64,000 bases of DNA from Isurus oxyrinchus (taxonomy: Eukaryota), in assembly GCA_026770705.1 (NCBI GenBank), contig JANJGN010000210.1:310001-374000 (forward strand), given 5' to 3'. Below the pieces are notes generated by a model. The model did no database searches. It saw only the letters and a list, made by a program, of their open reading frames with translations, and had not been told where the DNA came from. How positions within the stretch are numbered: position 1 is the stretch's first letter; every line of letters starts with the position of its first letter. Below are positions 34,101 through 47,000 of the stretch, piece after piece. The translations under genes and the position numbers were made by a program.

Positions 34101-35044
34101 CCTTAGCAATCAGCACATCTGAAATGGGTTTGTTTCCATTGTGTGTCTGTGACCTTTCATAGATGGAATGTTGTCCAGAATCTTCGTGAATTTCAGTTGC
34201 AAACAATGTGATGTGCTTCTCGCTCTTTCTCTCCCTCCCAATCTCCCTCATACACACACAGACCAAAATGGCACCTTGTGCTTCAACTTAAGATGTCACC
34301 TTGACTTCCTGGGAGGCTCCATAGGCCTTAACTATTGAAGAAAATGACCCTAACGGTCTATCAGGTGGTATCATGAACTAATAAACTCTTCCCAAGATTA
34401 TATTTGTTGAGGTGGATATTAAAGCTCACGCCAACTCTATACAGCTCCCTGGTCAACATCCCTCCCTTTGATCAAGATGAACAAAGTTACATCACCAGGA
34501 ATTGGGCCGCTTTATTCTGGTGCTGACTTTAACGTGCGTTAATCAAACACGTTCAGCTGTAATTAGTTGAATTTTGTTAAATTTTGACACCTCCCGCAGA
34601 AGGCGATGTGGTATTACATCTAGGGAAGTGGATTCTTGATACAATAATGTCAAAGATCTAACCTGACAGCGACATTTTCACAGTAGCAATTGCAAATTTT
34701 GGCCAGCAGATGGACATGAAATCTTGATGGACACATTCTATAAAACAGGCATTGTCTCAGTTATACTGCACGGGACCCTGTCTCTGTCTTTTTAAATTGA
34801 ACTCCATTTATTTTTATGTTAGACCAAACACTCTCTCTTTATATTTCAATGTATCCTGTTTCAATTAATACTGCACCAGTCAGTACCAATATTTATATTA
34901 TACAGTCCGGAAGTTCCTAATTCAAACCGATCGGATTTACCTCTGCAGTCCTGTCACATCCAGTTGTAAATGGTGGTGGACAAGTAAACAAATAACTGGA
35001 GAATGGGGCTCCACAAAGTTGTGGCTCTGGAGTTATATGTATGA

Positions 35045-35520
35045 GAGGCAGTGATGTGCTGCTATTCTCACTGGGCTAGTAAATCGCTGGGGGTCTGGGT
35101 TTGAATCCCACCACGGTAGGTGGTGAAATTTGAATCAAAAAATCTAATGATGACCATGAAACCATTGTCATAAAAACCCAGCCTAACAAGCTGGTGTTCT
35201 CAAGGGGGCATTTAGGGACGGGCAATAAATGCTGGCCTCGCCAGCGCCGCCCCCATTCTCATGAATGAACAAACAAAAAATGTAGTCCTGACTAGGTAAG
35301 GAGGGCAGATTACCTTACCTAAAGGACATTGGTGAACCAGGTGGATATTTATGATATTTGATTATAGTTTCATGGTCACCATTTTTGAGATGAGCTTTCA
35401 ATTCCAGATTTATTAATCGAATTTGGATTCCACATGCTGCCATAATGGGATTCAAACCCCTATCCCCAGGGGAAAGGCTTGGATCTCTGGGTTAATGATC
35501 CAGTGACGTTCCCACTGTAC
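35045..35520. mobile_element. Two SINE copies in opposite orientation (35045-35280 +, 35280-35520 -)
   Basis: B-box gggtttgaatccc and shared tail on +; reverse-complement core on -. Confidence 0.65.
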
Positions 35521-35641
35521 GATCGTCCCTCCCATGTTATACAGGATCCTGGTTCGATTATTAATTCCCTGAGAACTACATTATTTCTATTGTGCTGGAT
35601 CAGGCCTCTGTTTGTATTAAAATAGACCCTATCTCATTAAT

Positions 35642-35736
35642 AACAAAACAAAAACAGAATTACCTGGAAAAACTCAGCAGGTCTGGCAGCATCGGCGGAG
35701 AAGAAAAGAGTTGACGTTTCGAGTCCTCATGACCCT
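35642..35736 (-). mobile_element. 95-bp Penelope 3'-end insertion truncated within the hammerhead core
   Basis: Near-identical to an arm of the 9249 element; perfect 10-bp TSD tctcattaat (35632-35641 / 35737-35746). Confidence 0.8.
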
Positions 35737-35890
35737 TCTCATTAATGTTCCACTGGAAGACATCTCAGTTTGTATTGCACTGGATTCTTTCTCTGTTTAT
35801 ATTACACTAGGCCCTGTCTCTGTTTATGTTATATTAAATCTTGACTATGTCTACATTATAGTGGTCATTGTAACTATGGCACTAGGCTAC

Positions 35891-36030
35891 GTTTCTGAAG
35901 AAGAGTCATATGGACTCGAAATATTAACTCTGTTTCTCTCTCCACAGATGCAGTCCAACCTGTTGAGTTTGTCCAGCATTTTCTGTCTTTATTTCAGATT
36001 TCCAGCATTTGCAGCGTTTTGTTTTTATCT
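35891..36030 (+). mobile_element. Penelope 3'-end fragment with canonical CTGAAGA hammerhead core
   Basis: gttt-CTGAAGA-a-GAGTC atatg GACTC-GAAA-tatt-aac followed by the family tail. Confidence 0.7.
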
Positions 36031-36249
36031 ATGCCTCTGTTTAAATTATGGTTGCTTTACTCCATGTTTCTGTGAGATGGAGAGATAATATGATAAATAA
36101 AGACATTAGGCTAGAAATCGGTATCTGGCAGTAGCCTGAAAGGATGGTATCGGATCGGCCGTATATGCTACGCAGTACTTGATATTCATTTTCAGTGCAG
36201 TCAGCAGAATTAGATTTCAGATATCCCTTCTTTTCCGGCGCCAAATGCC

Positions 36250-38740
36250 AATTTCCCACCTATGGAGTGGTATGTGTAGGCAGATGGAGGGCATTGTGTT
36301 CCCATATGCTTGTTGCCCTTGTTATTCTGGGAGGTGGAGGTCACAGGTATGGAAGGTGTTGTTGAAGAGGCCTTGGCGAGTTGCTGCAGTGCATCTTGTG
36401 GATGGTACACACTGCAGCCACTGTGTGTCGGTGGCTAAGAGAGTGAATGTTTAACTGCTGGATAAGGAGCCTATCAAGGGCTTGATTTCCCCTGGTTGGT
36501 GTGGAGGTTCTTGAGTATTGCTGCAGCTACATTTGTCAAGGAAAGTAAACAATTTCTAACAGGTATCTGACTTGGAGATTTGCAGATGGTGGAAAGGCTT
36601 TGGGGAATCCGGAGGTGAATTACTGGTCACAGGATTCCCAACCTCTGACCTACTCTTGTAGCCACAGTATTTATACGACTGGTCCAGTTCAGCTTCTGTT
36701 CAATGGCACCTGCACATCGTTGATGGTGAGTTTCAATGACAGTAATGTCTTTTGAACATCAAGCGGAGATGTTTGGTTTCTTTATTGTTGGAGTTGGTCA
36801 TTGCCTGGCACTTGTGTGTCACTTATATCACTTGCAACTTATCAATGCAAACTTGTCCAGTTCGAGAAGCAATAAGTAAGGACGGTTTCATTATCTGAGA
36901 GGTCATAAATGGAACTGAACTCTGTGAAAATATGAGCGAACATCCCCACTCCTGACCCGGTGATGAAGGGAAGGTCATTGATCAAGCTGCTGAAGATGGT
37001 TGGACCAACGACAATTCTCTAAGAGACTCCTGGAACTGGTGCTGAGAATGATTGGTCTCCAACAACCACAACATCTTCATATGCGCTAGGTGTGACTCCA
37101 GCCAGTGGAGAGATTTGCTCCTGATTCCCGTTGACCTGACACTTTCCAAGGCTTCCTGATGCCACACTCAGTTAATAGCTACTTTCACATCAAGTACTGA
37201 AGCACTCATACATCATGTCCGGACGTTCGCTTTCTTGTCCATGTTCAGACCAAGTTTGCAATGAGCTTTGATGCTGGCTGATCCGGGTGGATCCAGTCTG
37301 AGCTTTGGTGAGCAGGTCGGCGACACCTTCAGTCACTTTACTGATGATTGAGAGTAGACTGATTGAGCTGCAAGGGGACAGACCTGATCTGTTGTCCATT
37401 ATGAACAGCTCTCTATCTTTACACTATGGTTCATCATTTTCAGGTATGCCTGGTCTTGCTTCTGACCTGCTGGCCTACATTCCTCATTGTTCCTAGACTG
37501 GATGTTAGACTCATAGACTCATTGACGTTTACAGCACAGATGGGGGCCATTCGGCCCATCATTTCCGCCCTGGTAAAAAAAGATCTGACTACACTAATCC
37601 CATTTTCCCGTGCTTGGCCCATAGCCCTGGAGGCTATGGCAGCTTAAGTGAACATTTAAATCCTTCTTAAATGTTACTAGAGTTTCTGACTCAACCACCC
37701 TTTTGGGCAGTGAGCTCCAAATTTCTACCACCCTCTGGGTGAAAAAGATTCTCCTTAACTCCCCTCTTAGCTTTCTACCTCTTATCTAAAATCTCTGCTC
37801 TCTGGTTTTTGACCTCTCTACTAATGGAAAAGGTGCCTTCCTATCCACCCTACCTATGCCCCTCAGCAGCCCGTCAACCATCGTTGCTCCAAGGAAAACA
37901 GCCCAGCCTATCCAATCTTTCCTCAGAGTTCAGATGTTCCAGCCCAGACAGCATCTAGGTAAATCTTCTCTGCACTCTCTCCAGTGCAGTCACATACTTC
38001 CTAGAAATGTGGTGACCAGAACTGCAGTAGTGCTCCAGTTGTGGCCTAACCAACGTTTTATACAGTTCCAGCATAACCTCCCTGCTCTTGTGTTTTATGC
38101 CTCAGCTAATAAAGGCAAGTAACCCATATGCCTTCTTAACCACCTCATCTACCTGCTCTGCTACCTTTAGGAATCTGTGGATATGCACACTAAGGTTTGA
38201 GTGAGGGATATTCTGGTCCATGAGATTACAGGGTGTGATTGAATGCAACTATCCTGCTGTTATTGACCAACAGTATCTCGTTGATGCTAAGTTTTGAGCT
38301 GCTAGATCTGTTCTGAATGTATCCCGTTTAGCACAGCGGCAGTGCCGCACAACACAATGGAGAATGTGCTCAGTGTGAATACCGGCCTGGGTTTCCGCAA
38401 GGACAGTGCAGGGGTCAATCACATTTATATCAATAGTGTGGTGGGACGGAGATCAGGTAAGGGTTTCCCTCGTGTTGGCTCTCTAACCATCTGTGGCAGG
38501 TCCATCCTGTCAGATACATCATCCAGGACTCATCCAGCTCCGGCATTCTTGGTCTTGTCAAATGGTAATTGATTTTGCAAATTCACAGTATATTCGTTGC
38601 CCTTGCTACCCTCAGTGTTTCTTCCACGCAGTGCTAAAGATGAAGGAGCACAAATTCATCAGCTGAGGGAGGGCGATAGGTGGTAATCACCAGGAGGTAT
38701 CTCCACCCATATCTTATCTGGTTCTGTGGGACTTCAATAT
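36250..38740 (-). mobile_element. Decayed L2-type LINE interrupted by a CR1 fragment (~37510-38195)
   Basis: Minus-strand RT remnants 'WHQ...GIRSKSLHWLESHL' and 'SISLLSIISKVTEG'; nested CR1 3' end. Confidence 0.65.
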
Positions 38741-39339
38741 GGTGTCAATATTGCTGCTCTCCACCGTGTCTCTGTTAATATTACACTCAGCCTATCTCAT
38801 TGTTACTGCTCTAGTCCGTGATTCTGTTTCTGTAATACTAGATCCTGTCTCAGTATTGCTGCTCTCCACCATGCCTCTGTTTGTCCTACACTGGGCCTGT
38901 CCCATTGTTACTGCTCTAGTCTATGTTTCTGTTTCTGTAACATTGGACTCTGTCTCAGTTATTGCTGCTCTCCACCATGTCTCTGGTAATATTTTACTGG
39001 GCCTGTCTCTTTGTTACTGTTCTAGTCCATGTTTCTGTTTCTGTAACATTAGGTCCTGTCTTAGATATTTATGTAATTGTCCTCTGTTTATATTACATTA
39101 GTATATTCCCTTACTTTATTGCACTAGAGCCTGAAAATAGGAGTTAAATGGTTTAATTTAAACAGCTGCAATATAAGAGAGGTCTGTGGATCATGAACAC
39201 AAATCTGGGATGCAGGAAGGACAAGTCATAACATCTAAACAGGCCCCCATGTTAATTGCTCCCACCATCTTGCTGCCTTATCTTCACTATTTCCACCCCA
39301 GCCAATTTCCACATTATGGCACGTGTGTAGTGCAGTAAT

Positions 39340-40130
39340 AACAGAGGCAGGGTCTAATGTAATTTAAATACAGATATGATCTAGCACAGAACTGAGACAG
39401 TGGCTACTGAAATACAGAGACAGTTCTAGATGAATATATACAGAGACAGGTCAATTATAATATAAACAGAGACAAGGCCTTGTTTAATATAAGCAAAGAC
39501 AGGATCTAGAGTAATATAAACAGAAACGGGGTCCAGTTTAATATAAATAGAGACAGGGTCTAGTGTATTATAAACATACAGAGCCCAGTTTAATATAAAC
39601 AGTGGCATGACCTTGTGCAATATAAACAGAGACCGGATCTAACGTAATATAAACAGATACAGCGTCTAGTGTAAAATAAACAAAGGCATGTCGAGTATAA
39701 TATTAACAGAGACATGCCGAGTGTAATATAAACACTGACATATCAAGTGTAATACAAACAGGGGCAGAGCCTAGTATAATATAAACAGAGACACGGTCTA
39801 ATGTAATGTAAACCAAAATAGAGATCAGTGCAACATAAACAGAAACAGGGTCTAGTGTAATATAAACCAGGGCAGGGCCTAGTGCAATATAAACAGAGAC
39901 AGCGTCTCATGCAATATAAACAGAGGCATGTCGAATATAAGGAGACATGTTGAGTGTCATATAAACACGGGCAGGGCCAAGTGCAATGTAAACAGAGACA
40001 CCATCTAGTGCAATATAAACAGATACATGTCAGATGCAATATAAACAGGGACAGGGCCTAGTGCAATACAAACAGAGGCAGGGTTAACTGTAATATAAAC
40101 AGAGACAGGGTCACGGTCGAAAGCAATATC
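39340..40130 (-). repeat. Monomeric 27-bp satellite tract, inverted relative to the main array
   Basis: ctagtgtaatataaacagagacagggt repeated; reverse complement of accctgtctctgtttatattacactag. Confidence 0.9.
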
Positions 40131-40139
40131 AAGACAGGG

Positions 40140-41135
40140 TCTACTGTCCCATCAAACGCTCCTAGGACAGGTGCAGCATGGGACTAGGCACAGAATTTAA
40201 AGCTACCTCTACATTGTCACATTGAACACTCCCAGGGAAGATGCAGCATGGGTTAGAGAGAGAGAAACTCCCTCGACACTGTCACCATGAAACATTCCCG
40301 GGGCAGGTACAGCAAAGGTTAGATACGCTTGGACACGGTCTAGTGTAATGCATAAACAAGGCCCACGGCTCCATCAAACAGCCCCAGGACAGGTGTAGCA
40401 TGGGGCTACATTAATAATGTAAAGTTCCCTCTACATTGCCACATGAAAATCTCCCAATGCAGGTATAGCACAGGTTAGATTCAGAGTGAATCTCCCTTGA
40501 CACTGTCACCATCAAACATTTCCAGGACAGGTGCAGCACAGTTCAGAAACAGGGTAAAACTTCCTCTACATTGTCTGCTCAAACACAGTTGAGGCATGTA
40601 AGGTTATATGCAGCGTAAGGTTTCCTCTGCACACTTCATCAGACATTTCCCAGGTAGCTCGACACTGGGGACAGGTAAAGAGGAAAGCTGCCTCTGAATG
40701 TCACATCAGGTATTTCCAGGGCTTAGATAGGGGCAAATCCCCCTTTACAGTGTCTACAGCCATGTCAAATATAGCGTAGTTTAGATGCAGAGTGAAGCTC
40801 CCTCTAAACGGCCCTATCAATCAGGTATAGCACAGTTTAGATACAGAGTAAATCTCCCTCTACACAGTCGTATCAAACACTCCCAGGGCTGTCACAGTGC
40901 AGGTTAGGTGCAAAGTAAAGCTCCCTCTACACTGTCCCATCAGACACGCCAAAGGCAGGAACAGCATGGGTTAGATACAGGGAAAGGTCCTTCGGCATGG
41001 CCACATCAAATCTACGCTCCTGGCTGCAACACAGGTTAGATACAGAGTAAAGTTTCATCTGCAGTTTCCCACCAAGCACTCTCAAGTCAGTGAATGCTCA
41101 AAACAGATTTAGAATAAAGTTCCCTCTACGGATTA
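40140..41135 (+). repeat. ~66-bp tandem repeat (~14 diverged units)
   Basis: gtaaagctccctctacactgtcccatcaaacactcccaggacaggtacagcacgggttagatacaga; isolated copies also at ~10190 (-), ~23570 and ~24330. Confidence 0.85.
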
Positions 41136-42932
41136 TAATCCATTTCATTTGATCAATTTAGTTTGAAGTGTATGAATCGGGCTGAGAAAATATATTGGCT
41201 AGACATTGACTTCATGGTGTGGAGTAAAGACAGTGACCCATGGTGGAGAGACAAGACAAAGTACCAGAGAGGAGAGACAGAGAGAGAGAGAGGATACAGG
41301 ACATCCCTACAAACACATTTGCCATGACATTATATTTCATGATCAGTGGGAATCTTACTTAATTCTGAACATAGATATCATCGTGACATAATTCTCATAT
41401 AACTGATTTTAAAAATGCCCAAAAAAATTGCTACTGAAATCGGTTGATGTATTTGCATGTTTGACTCTATTTCTGTGCTGTGTTGATGGGGAAATATTTG
41501 CTGTGCTTTTGTGTATCCAGAATCTAATCTGGGACTTCTATTTCTGTGTTTATTTACATAAACGCCTCATTGGTTTCAATGAAGTGTTCATGGCAGCAAA
41601 ACCAGATAAACATAGACACTTATTGATTGGGTTCAACTCAAAACAAGGGTTTATTTTAAGAATATTGACAGTTGGTACAAAATTACTAGAAACCTTTTCA
41701 ACATCCATTAGAACAGATGTTATTTATTTCAAATAATTAAAAATACATTTAAATTAATAATTCAATTCTGAAAGTGCTACCGTCACAATCAATGATGAAT
41801 ATTTGAACAGGCTGGGATTAGACTCAATGTCAATTTGTTGGAAGATTTAACTGATTAAAAATGGACAATTTAAAACAGCAGCCACAGAAGTGACCTATAA
41901 TCATATTAATCTCAGAGTTTTCAACATATCACAACTAGCATTTTGAAATGTTAACATTTAGGAAGAATTTACATTTATAGAACGCAGCTTATGACCCCAG
42001 GACATCCTAAAGCCCTTGAAATTCGTTGATGTACATTTGTTGAAGTTTTGTCACTGCTGTGATATTGGAAATCCATCCGGTGATTTGTGCACAGCAAGCT
42101 CCCACGAATAGAGCTGTGAAAAATGATGAGATAATATGTGATTTTAGTTGAAGAATGAATACGGGACTAGGACAGTGGGGAGAACATTCCTGCTCTATAG
42201 ATTGGTACTAAGGGAGATGTTGCACCTGTCATCGGCCTGAACATTTGACCTGTCCCTCTCTCTATTGATGCCCACTAACCTGCTGAGTGGTTATTTTTTG
42301 CCCTGCCTTAGATTTCCCAAACCTGCAGTATTTTGCAGTGTTTTAATTCGTTCTTGGGATATGGCGTCAATGATGAAGTAATTCTTGCACTTGGCCCTGT
42401 CTCAGTTTATTCTAGTCCAGACCATATATCAGGAATCACTGCACTAGACACTGTCTCAGTTTATATTAATTTAGACCCTGTATCATTAATCGCTGCAGTG
42501 GACCCTGTCTCAGTTTACATTAATCTAGACCCTGTGTCAGTCATCTCTGCACTGGACATTGTCTGAGTTTGTATTAATCTACACCCTGCATCAGTAACCA
42601 CTGCACTAGGCCCTGTCTCTGTTTATATTAATCTTGACCCTGTATTAGTAATGACTGCTCTAGGCCCTGATTCAGTTTATATTAGTCCAGACCTTCTAAC
42701 AGTAATCATTGGAAAGGACACTGCCTCAGTTGATATTGATCCTGATCCTGTATCATTAATTCCTGCACTAGCCTCTGTCCTAGTTTATAATAATCTCGTC
42801 CCTGTGTCAGTAATCACAGCACTCGGCCCTGTCACAGTTTGTATTAATCTAGATTCTGTGCCAGTAATCACTGCACGAGACGCTGTCTCCCTTGATATTG
42901 ATCTAGACCTGTATCAGTAATCAGTTTATATT

Positions 42933-44010
42933 ATCACAGAATCACACAGTGCAGAAGAGGCCCTTTGGCCCATCGAGTCTGCACCGACACGTGAAAAACA
43001 CCTGACCTACCTGCCTAATCCCATTTATCAGCACTTGGCCCATAGCCTTGAATGTTATGACGTGCCAAGTGCTCATCCAAGTACTTTTTAAAGGATGTAA
43101 AGCAACCCACCTCCACCACCCTCCCAGGCAGTGCATTCCAGACCATCACCACCCTCTGGGTAAAAAAGTTTTTCTTCAAAAGCCCCCTAAACCTCCTGCC
43201 CCTCACCTTGAACTTATGTCTCCTTGTGACTGACCCTTCAACTAAGGTCAACAGCTGCTCCCTATTCACCCTGTCCACACCCCTCAGAATCTTGTACACC
43301 TCAATCAGGTCTCCCCTCAGTCTTCTCTGCTCCAATGAAAACAACCCAAGTCTATCTAACCTCTCTTCATAACTTAAATGTTTCATACCAGGCAACATCC
43401 TGGTGAATCTCCTCTGCACCCTCTTCAGTGCATCACATCCTTCCTATAATGTGGCGACCAGAACTGCATATGGTACTCAAGCTGTGACCTCACCAAGGTT
43501 CCATACAAGTCTAATATGGCCTTCCTACTTTTGTAATCTATGCCTCGATTGATAAAATCAAGTGTCCCATATGCCTTTTTCACCACCCCACTAAGATGCC
43601 CCTCCGCCTTCAGAGACCTATGGACACACACGCCAAGGTCCCTTTGTTCCTCAGAACTTCCTAGTGTCATCCCATTCATAGTCAAATTACTCCTTCCAAG
43701 GTATATCACCTTGCACTTTTCAGTGCTACATTCCATTTGCCACTTATCTGCCGATTTGACCATTCCATCTATATCTTCCTGTAGCCCAAAACACACAACA
43801 TCACTGTTAACCAACTGGCTAATCTCTGTATCCTCCGCAAACTTACTAATCCTACCCCACATGTAGGCATCTACTTTCATTTATATAAATAACAAATAAT
43901 CGGGGACCCAGCACAGATCCCTGTGGTACACCACTGGACAATGCCTTCCAGTCACTAAAGCGTCTTTCTGTCATCACCCTCTGTCTCCTACAACTAAGCC
44001 AATTTTAGAA
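42933..44010 (-). mobile_element. CR1-type LINE inserted in the satellite
   Basis: ORFs 'ISKFAEDTEI...LQEDID...WQM...KC' and 'QRRFTRMLPGMKHLSYEERLDRLGLFSLEQRRLRGDLIEVYKI'; possible TSD ttatatt (42926-42932 / 44011-44017). Confidence 0.9.
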
Positions 44011-47000
44011 TTATATTCTTCCCTGCCTCAGTTTTTATCAATCTAGACCCTGTATCTGTAATCACCGTACTAGACCTTGTCTTCCTTACATTACCTTAGA
44101 GCATCAGTAATCACTGCACTATGCCCTGCCACAGTTTATATTGAGCTAGACCATGTATCAGTAGTCTCTGCACTAGATCTGTCTCAGAATATAATAATCT
44201 AGATCCTGTATCTGTAATCTCTGTACTTGAGGCTCTCTCAGTTTATACTAATCTCGACCCTGTAACGTTACTTACTGCACTAGGCCCTGTCTCAGTTTTT
44301 ATCAATCAAGACCCTGGATCAGTAATCACTGCAACAGACCCTGTCTCAGTTTATATTGATCTAGACCCCACATTAGTTATCTCTGCACTAAACTCTGTCT
44401 CACTTTACATTAGCCTAGTCCCTTTATCAGTAATCACTGCACTAGATCCAGCCTCAGTTTATATTAATTTAGTCCCTGCAGCAGTCATCACTGCAAGAGC
44501 TCCTGTCTCAGTTGTATTTATCTAGGCCCTGTACCAGTGAACATTTCACCAGGCTCTGTCTCAGTTTATGTTGATTCAGACCCTGCATCAGTAATTACTG
44601 CACAAGAGCCTGTCTCAGTTTATATTAACCAAGACCCTGTTTCAGTAAACATTGCACTCGACCCTGTTCTGGTATTAATAATTTGCACCCTGAACCTAAA
44701 AGCACTGCACTGGACTGTTTCTCAGTTTATATTAATCTAAAGCCTGTACCTGTAATCACTGCACTAGGCCCTGTCCCATTTTATATGCATCCAATCCTGT
44801 TACACAACTCACAGCACCAGGCCTTGTCTCAGTTTATATCAATCTAGACCCTATACCAGTAATCACTACACTAAACGCAAGTCATTTGATATCAATTTGG
44901 ACCTTATACCAGTAATCACTGCACTTGAACCTCTCTGAGTTTATATTAATCTCGGCGCTTTATCAGTAATCCCTGCACGATGTCCTGCCTCAGGTTTTTT
45001 TTTATCAATCTAGACCCTGTATCAGTTATCACTGCCTCATCCCAGTTATATTTATCTAGGCCCTATATCAATTAACACTTCACCAGGTCCTTTCTCAGTT
45101 TATGTTAGTCCAGACCTTGTATCAGTAATTACTGTACAAGAGCCAGTCTCAGTTTATATTAATCAAGCCAGTTTTTCAGTAATCACTGCACTTGTCACTG
45201 TTCTGGTTATAATAAACTGCACACTGAATCTATAATCACTGCACTTGGCCCACTCTCAGTTTCTATTAACCTAGACCCTGTATCAGTAATCACTGCAGTA
45301 GGCCCTGCCTCAGTTCATATTTATCTTCGCCCTGTATCAGTAATCACTGCATTGGACATTGTCAGAGTTTATATTGATTGAGACCCTGTATCAGTAATTA
45401 CTGCACAAGAACCTGTCTCAGTTTATATTAAGCTAGATCCTGTGCTTGTAATCACTACACTAGAGCATGCCTCAGTTTACATTAATCTAGATCCTGTATC
45501 AGTAATCACTGCACTCAACATTGTCTGAGTTATGCTGATTGAGACACTGTATTAATAAACACTGTGCTAGACCCTGTCTCAGTTTATATTAATCTAGATC
45601 CTGTATCAGTCATCACTGCACTATGGCCTGCCTCAGTTTAAATTAGTCCAGACCATCTATCAGTAATAATTGCAATAAGCCCGTCTCAGGTTATATTAAT
45701 CTAGATCTTGTATCAGTAATGACTGCACGAGGCCCTGTCTCACTTTATATTAATCCAGACCCTGTATCAGTAATCGCTGCACTTGGACCTATCTCAGTTT
45801 ATATTGATTGGGACACTGTATCAGTAATTACAGCAATATGGCCTACCTCAGTCTATATCAATTTAGACCCTCTATTAGTAATCACTGGACTTAGCCCTCT
45901 CTCTGTTTCTATTAATCTAGACCCTGTATCAATTATCACTGCATGTGGCCCTGCCTCAGTTTATATTAATCTAGGCTCTGCATCGGTAATCGCTGCACTG
46001 GGCATTGTCTAAGTTCATATTGATTGAGACCATGTGTCAGTAATCAATGCACTCGGCCCTGCCACAGTTTATATTAAGCTAGATGCTGTACAATATGCCA
46101 GGCGTCATTTTGTTTATCAATCTAGGCCCTGTATCGGTAATCACTGCACTAGGCCCTATCTCAGTTTACATTAATTTAGTCCCTGCAGCAGTAATCACTG
46201 CCCGAGCCTCTGTCCCAGTTATATTTATCTGGGCCCTGTGTCAGTGAACACTGCACCAGGCCCTGTCTCAGGTTATGTTAGTTCAGACCGTGTATCAGTA
46301 ATTACTGTACAAGAGCCTGTCTCAGTTTATATTAATCAAGGCCCTGTTTCAGTAATCATTGCACTTGGCCCTGTTCTGGTTATAATAATCTGCACCCTGA
46401 ATCTATAATCATTGCACTTGGCCCTCTCTCAGTTTCTATTAACCTAGACCCTGTACCAGTAATCACTGCAATATGCCCTCAGTTTATGTCAATCTCAACC
46501 CTGTATCAGCAATTACTGCAATTTTCCCTACTTTACTTTATATCAATCTAGACCCTAAATCAGTAATCGCTGCACTAGGCCATGCCTCAGTTCATATTAA
46601 TCAAGACCATGTATCAGTAATCACTGCACTAATCACTATCTCAGTTTTATTTTTATCAAGACCTAGGATCAGTAATCATTGCCCTAGACACTGTCTCATT
46701 TTATACTGATGTACACCCCGTAACTGTAATTGCTTCAATGGACACTGTCTCAGTTTATATTGACCCTGATCCTGTATCATTAATCACTGCACTATCCCCT
46801 GTCCTAGTTTATGTTAATCTAGTCCCTGTGTCAGTAATCACTGCAATATGGCCTGCCTCAGTTCATATTAATCTAGACCCTAAATCAGTAACCGCTGCAT
46901 TGAGTCCTGACTCAGTTCATATTAATTTAGGCCATACATCAGTAATCAGTGCAATGGACACTGTCTCAGTTTATATTGATTTGATCCTGCATCATTAATC

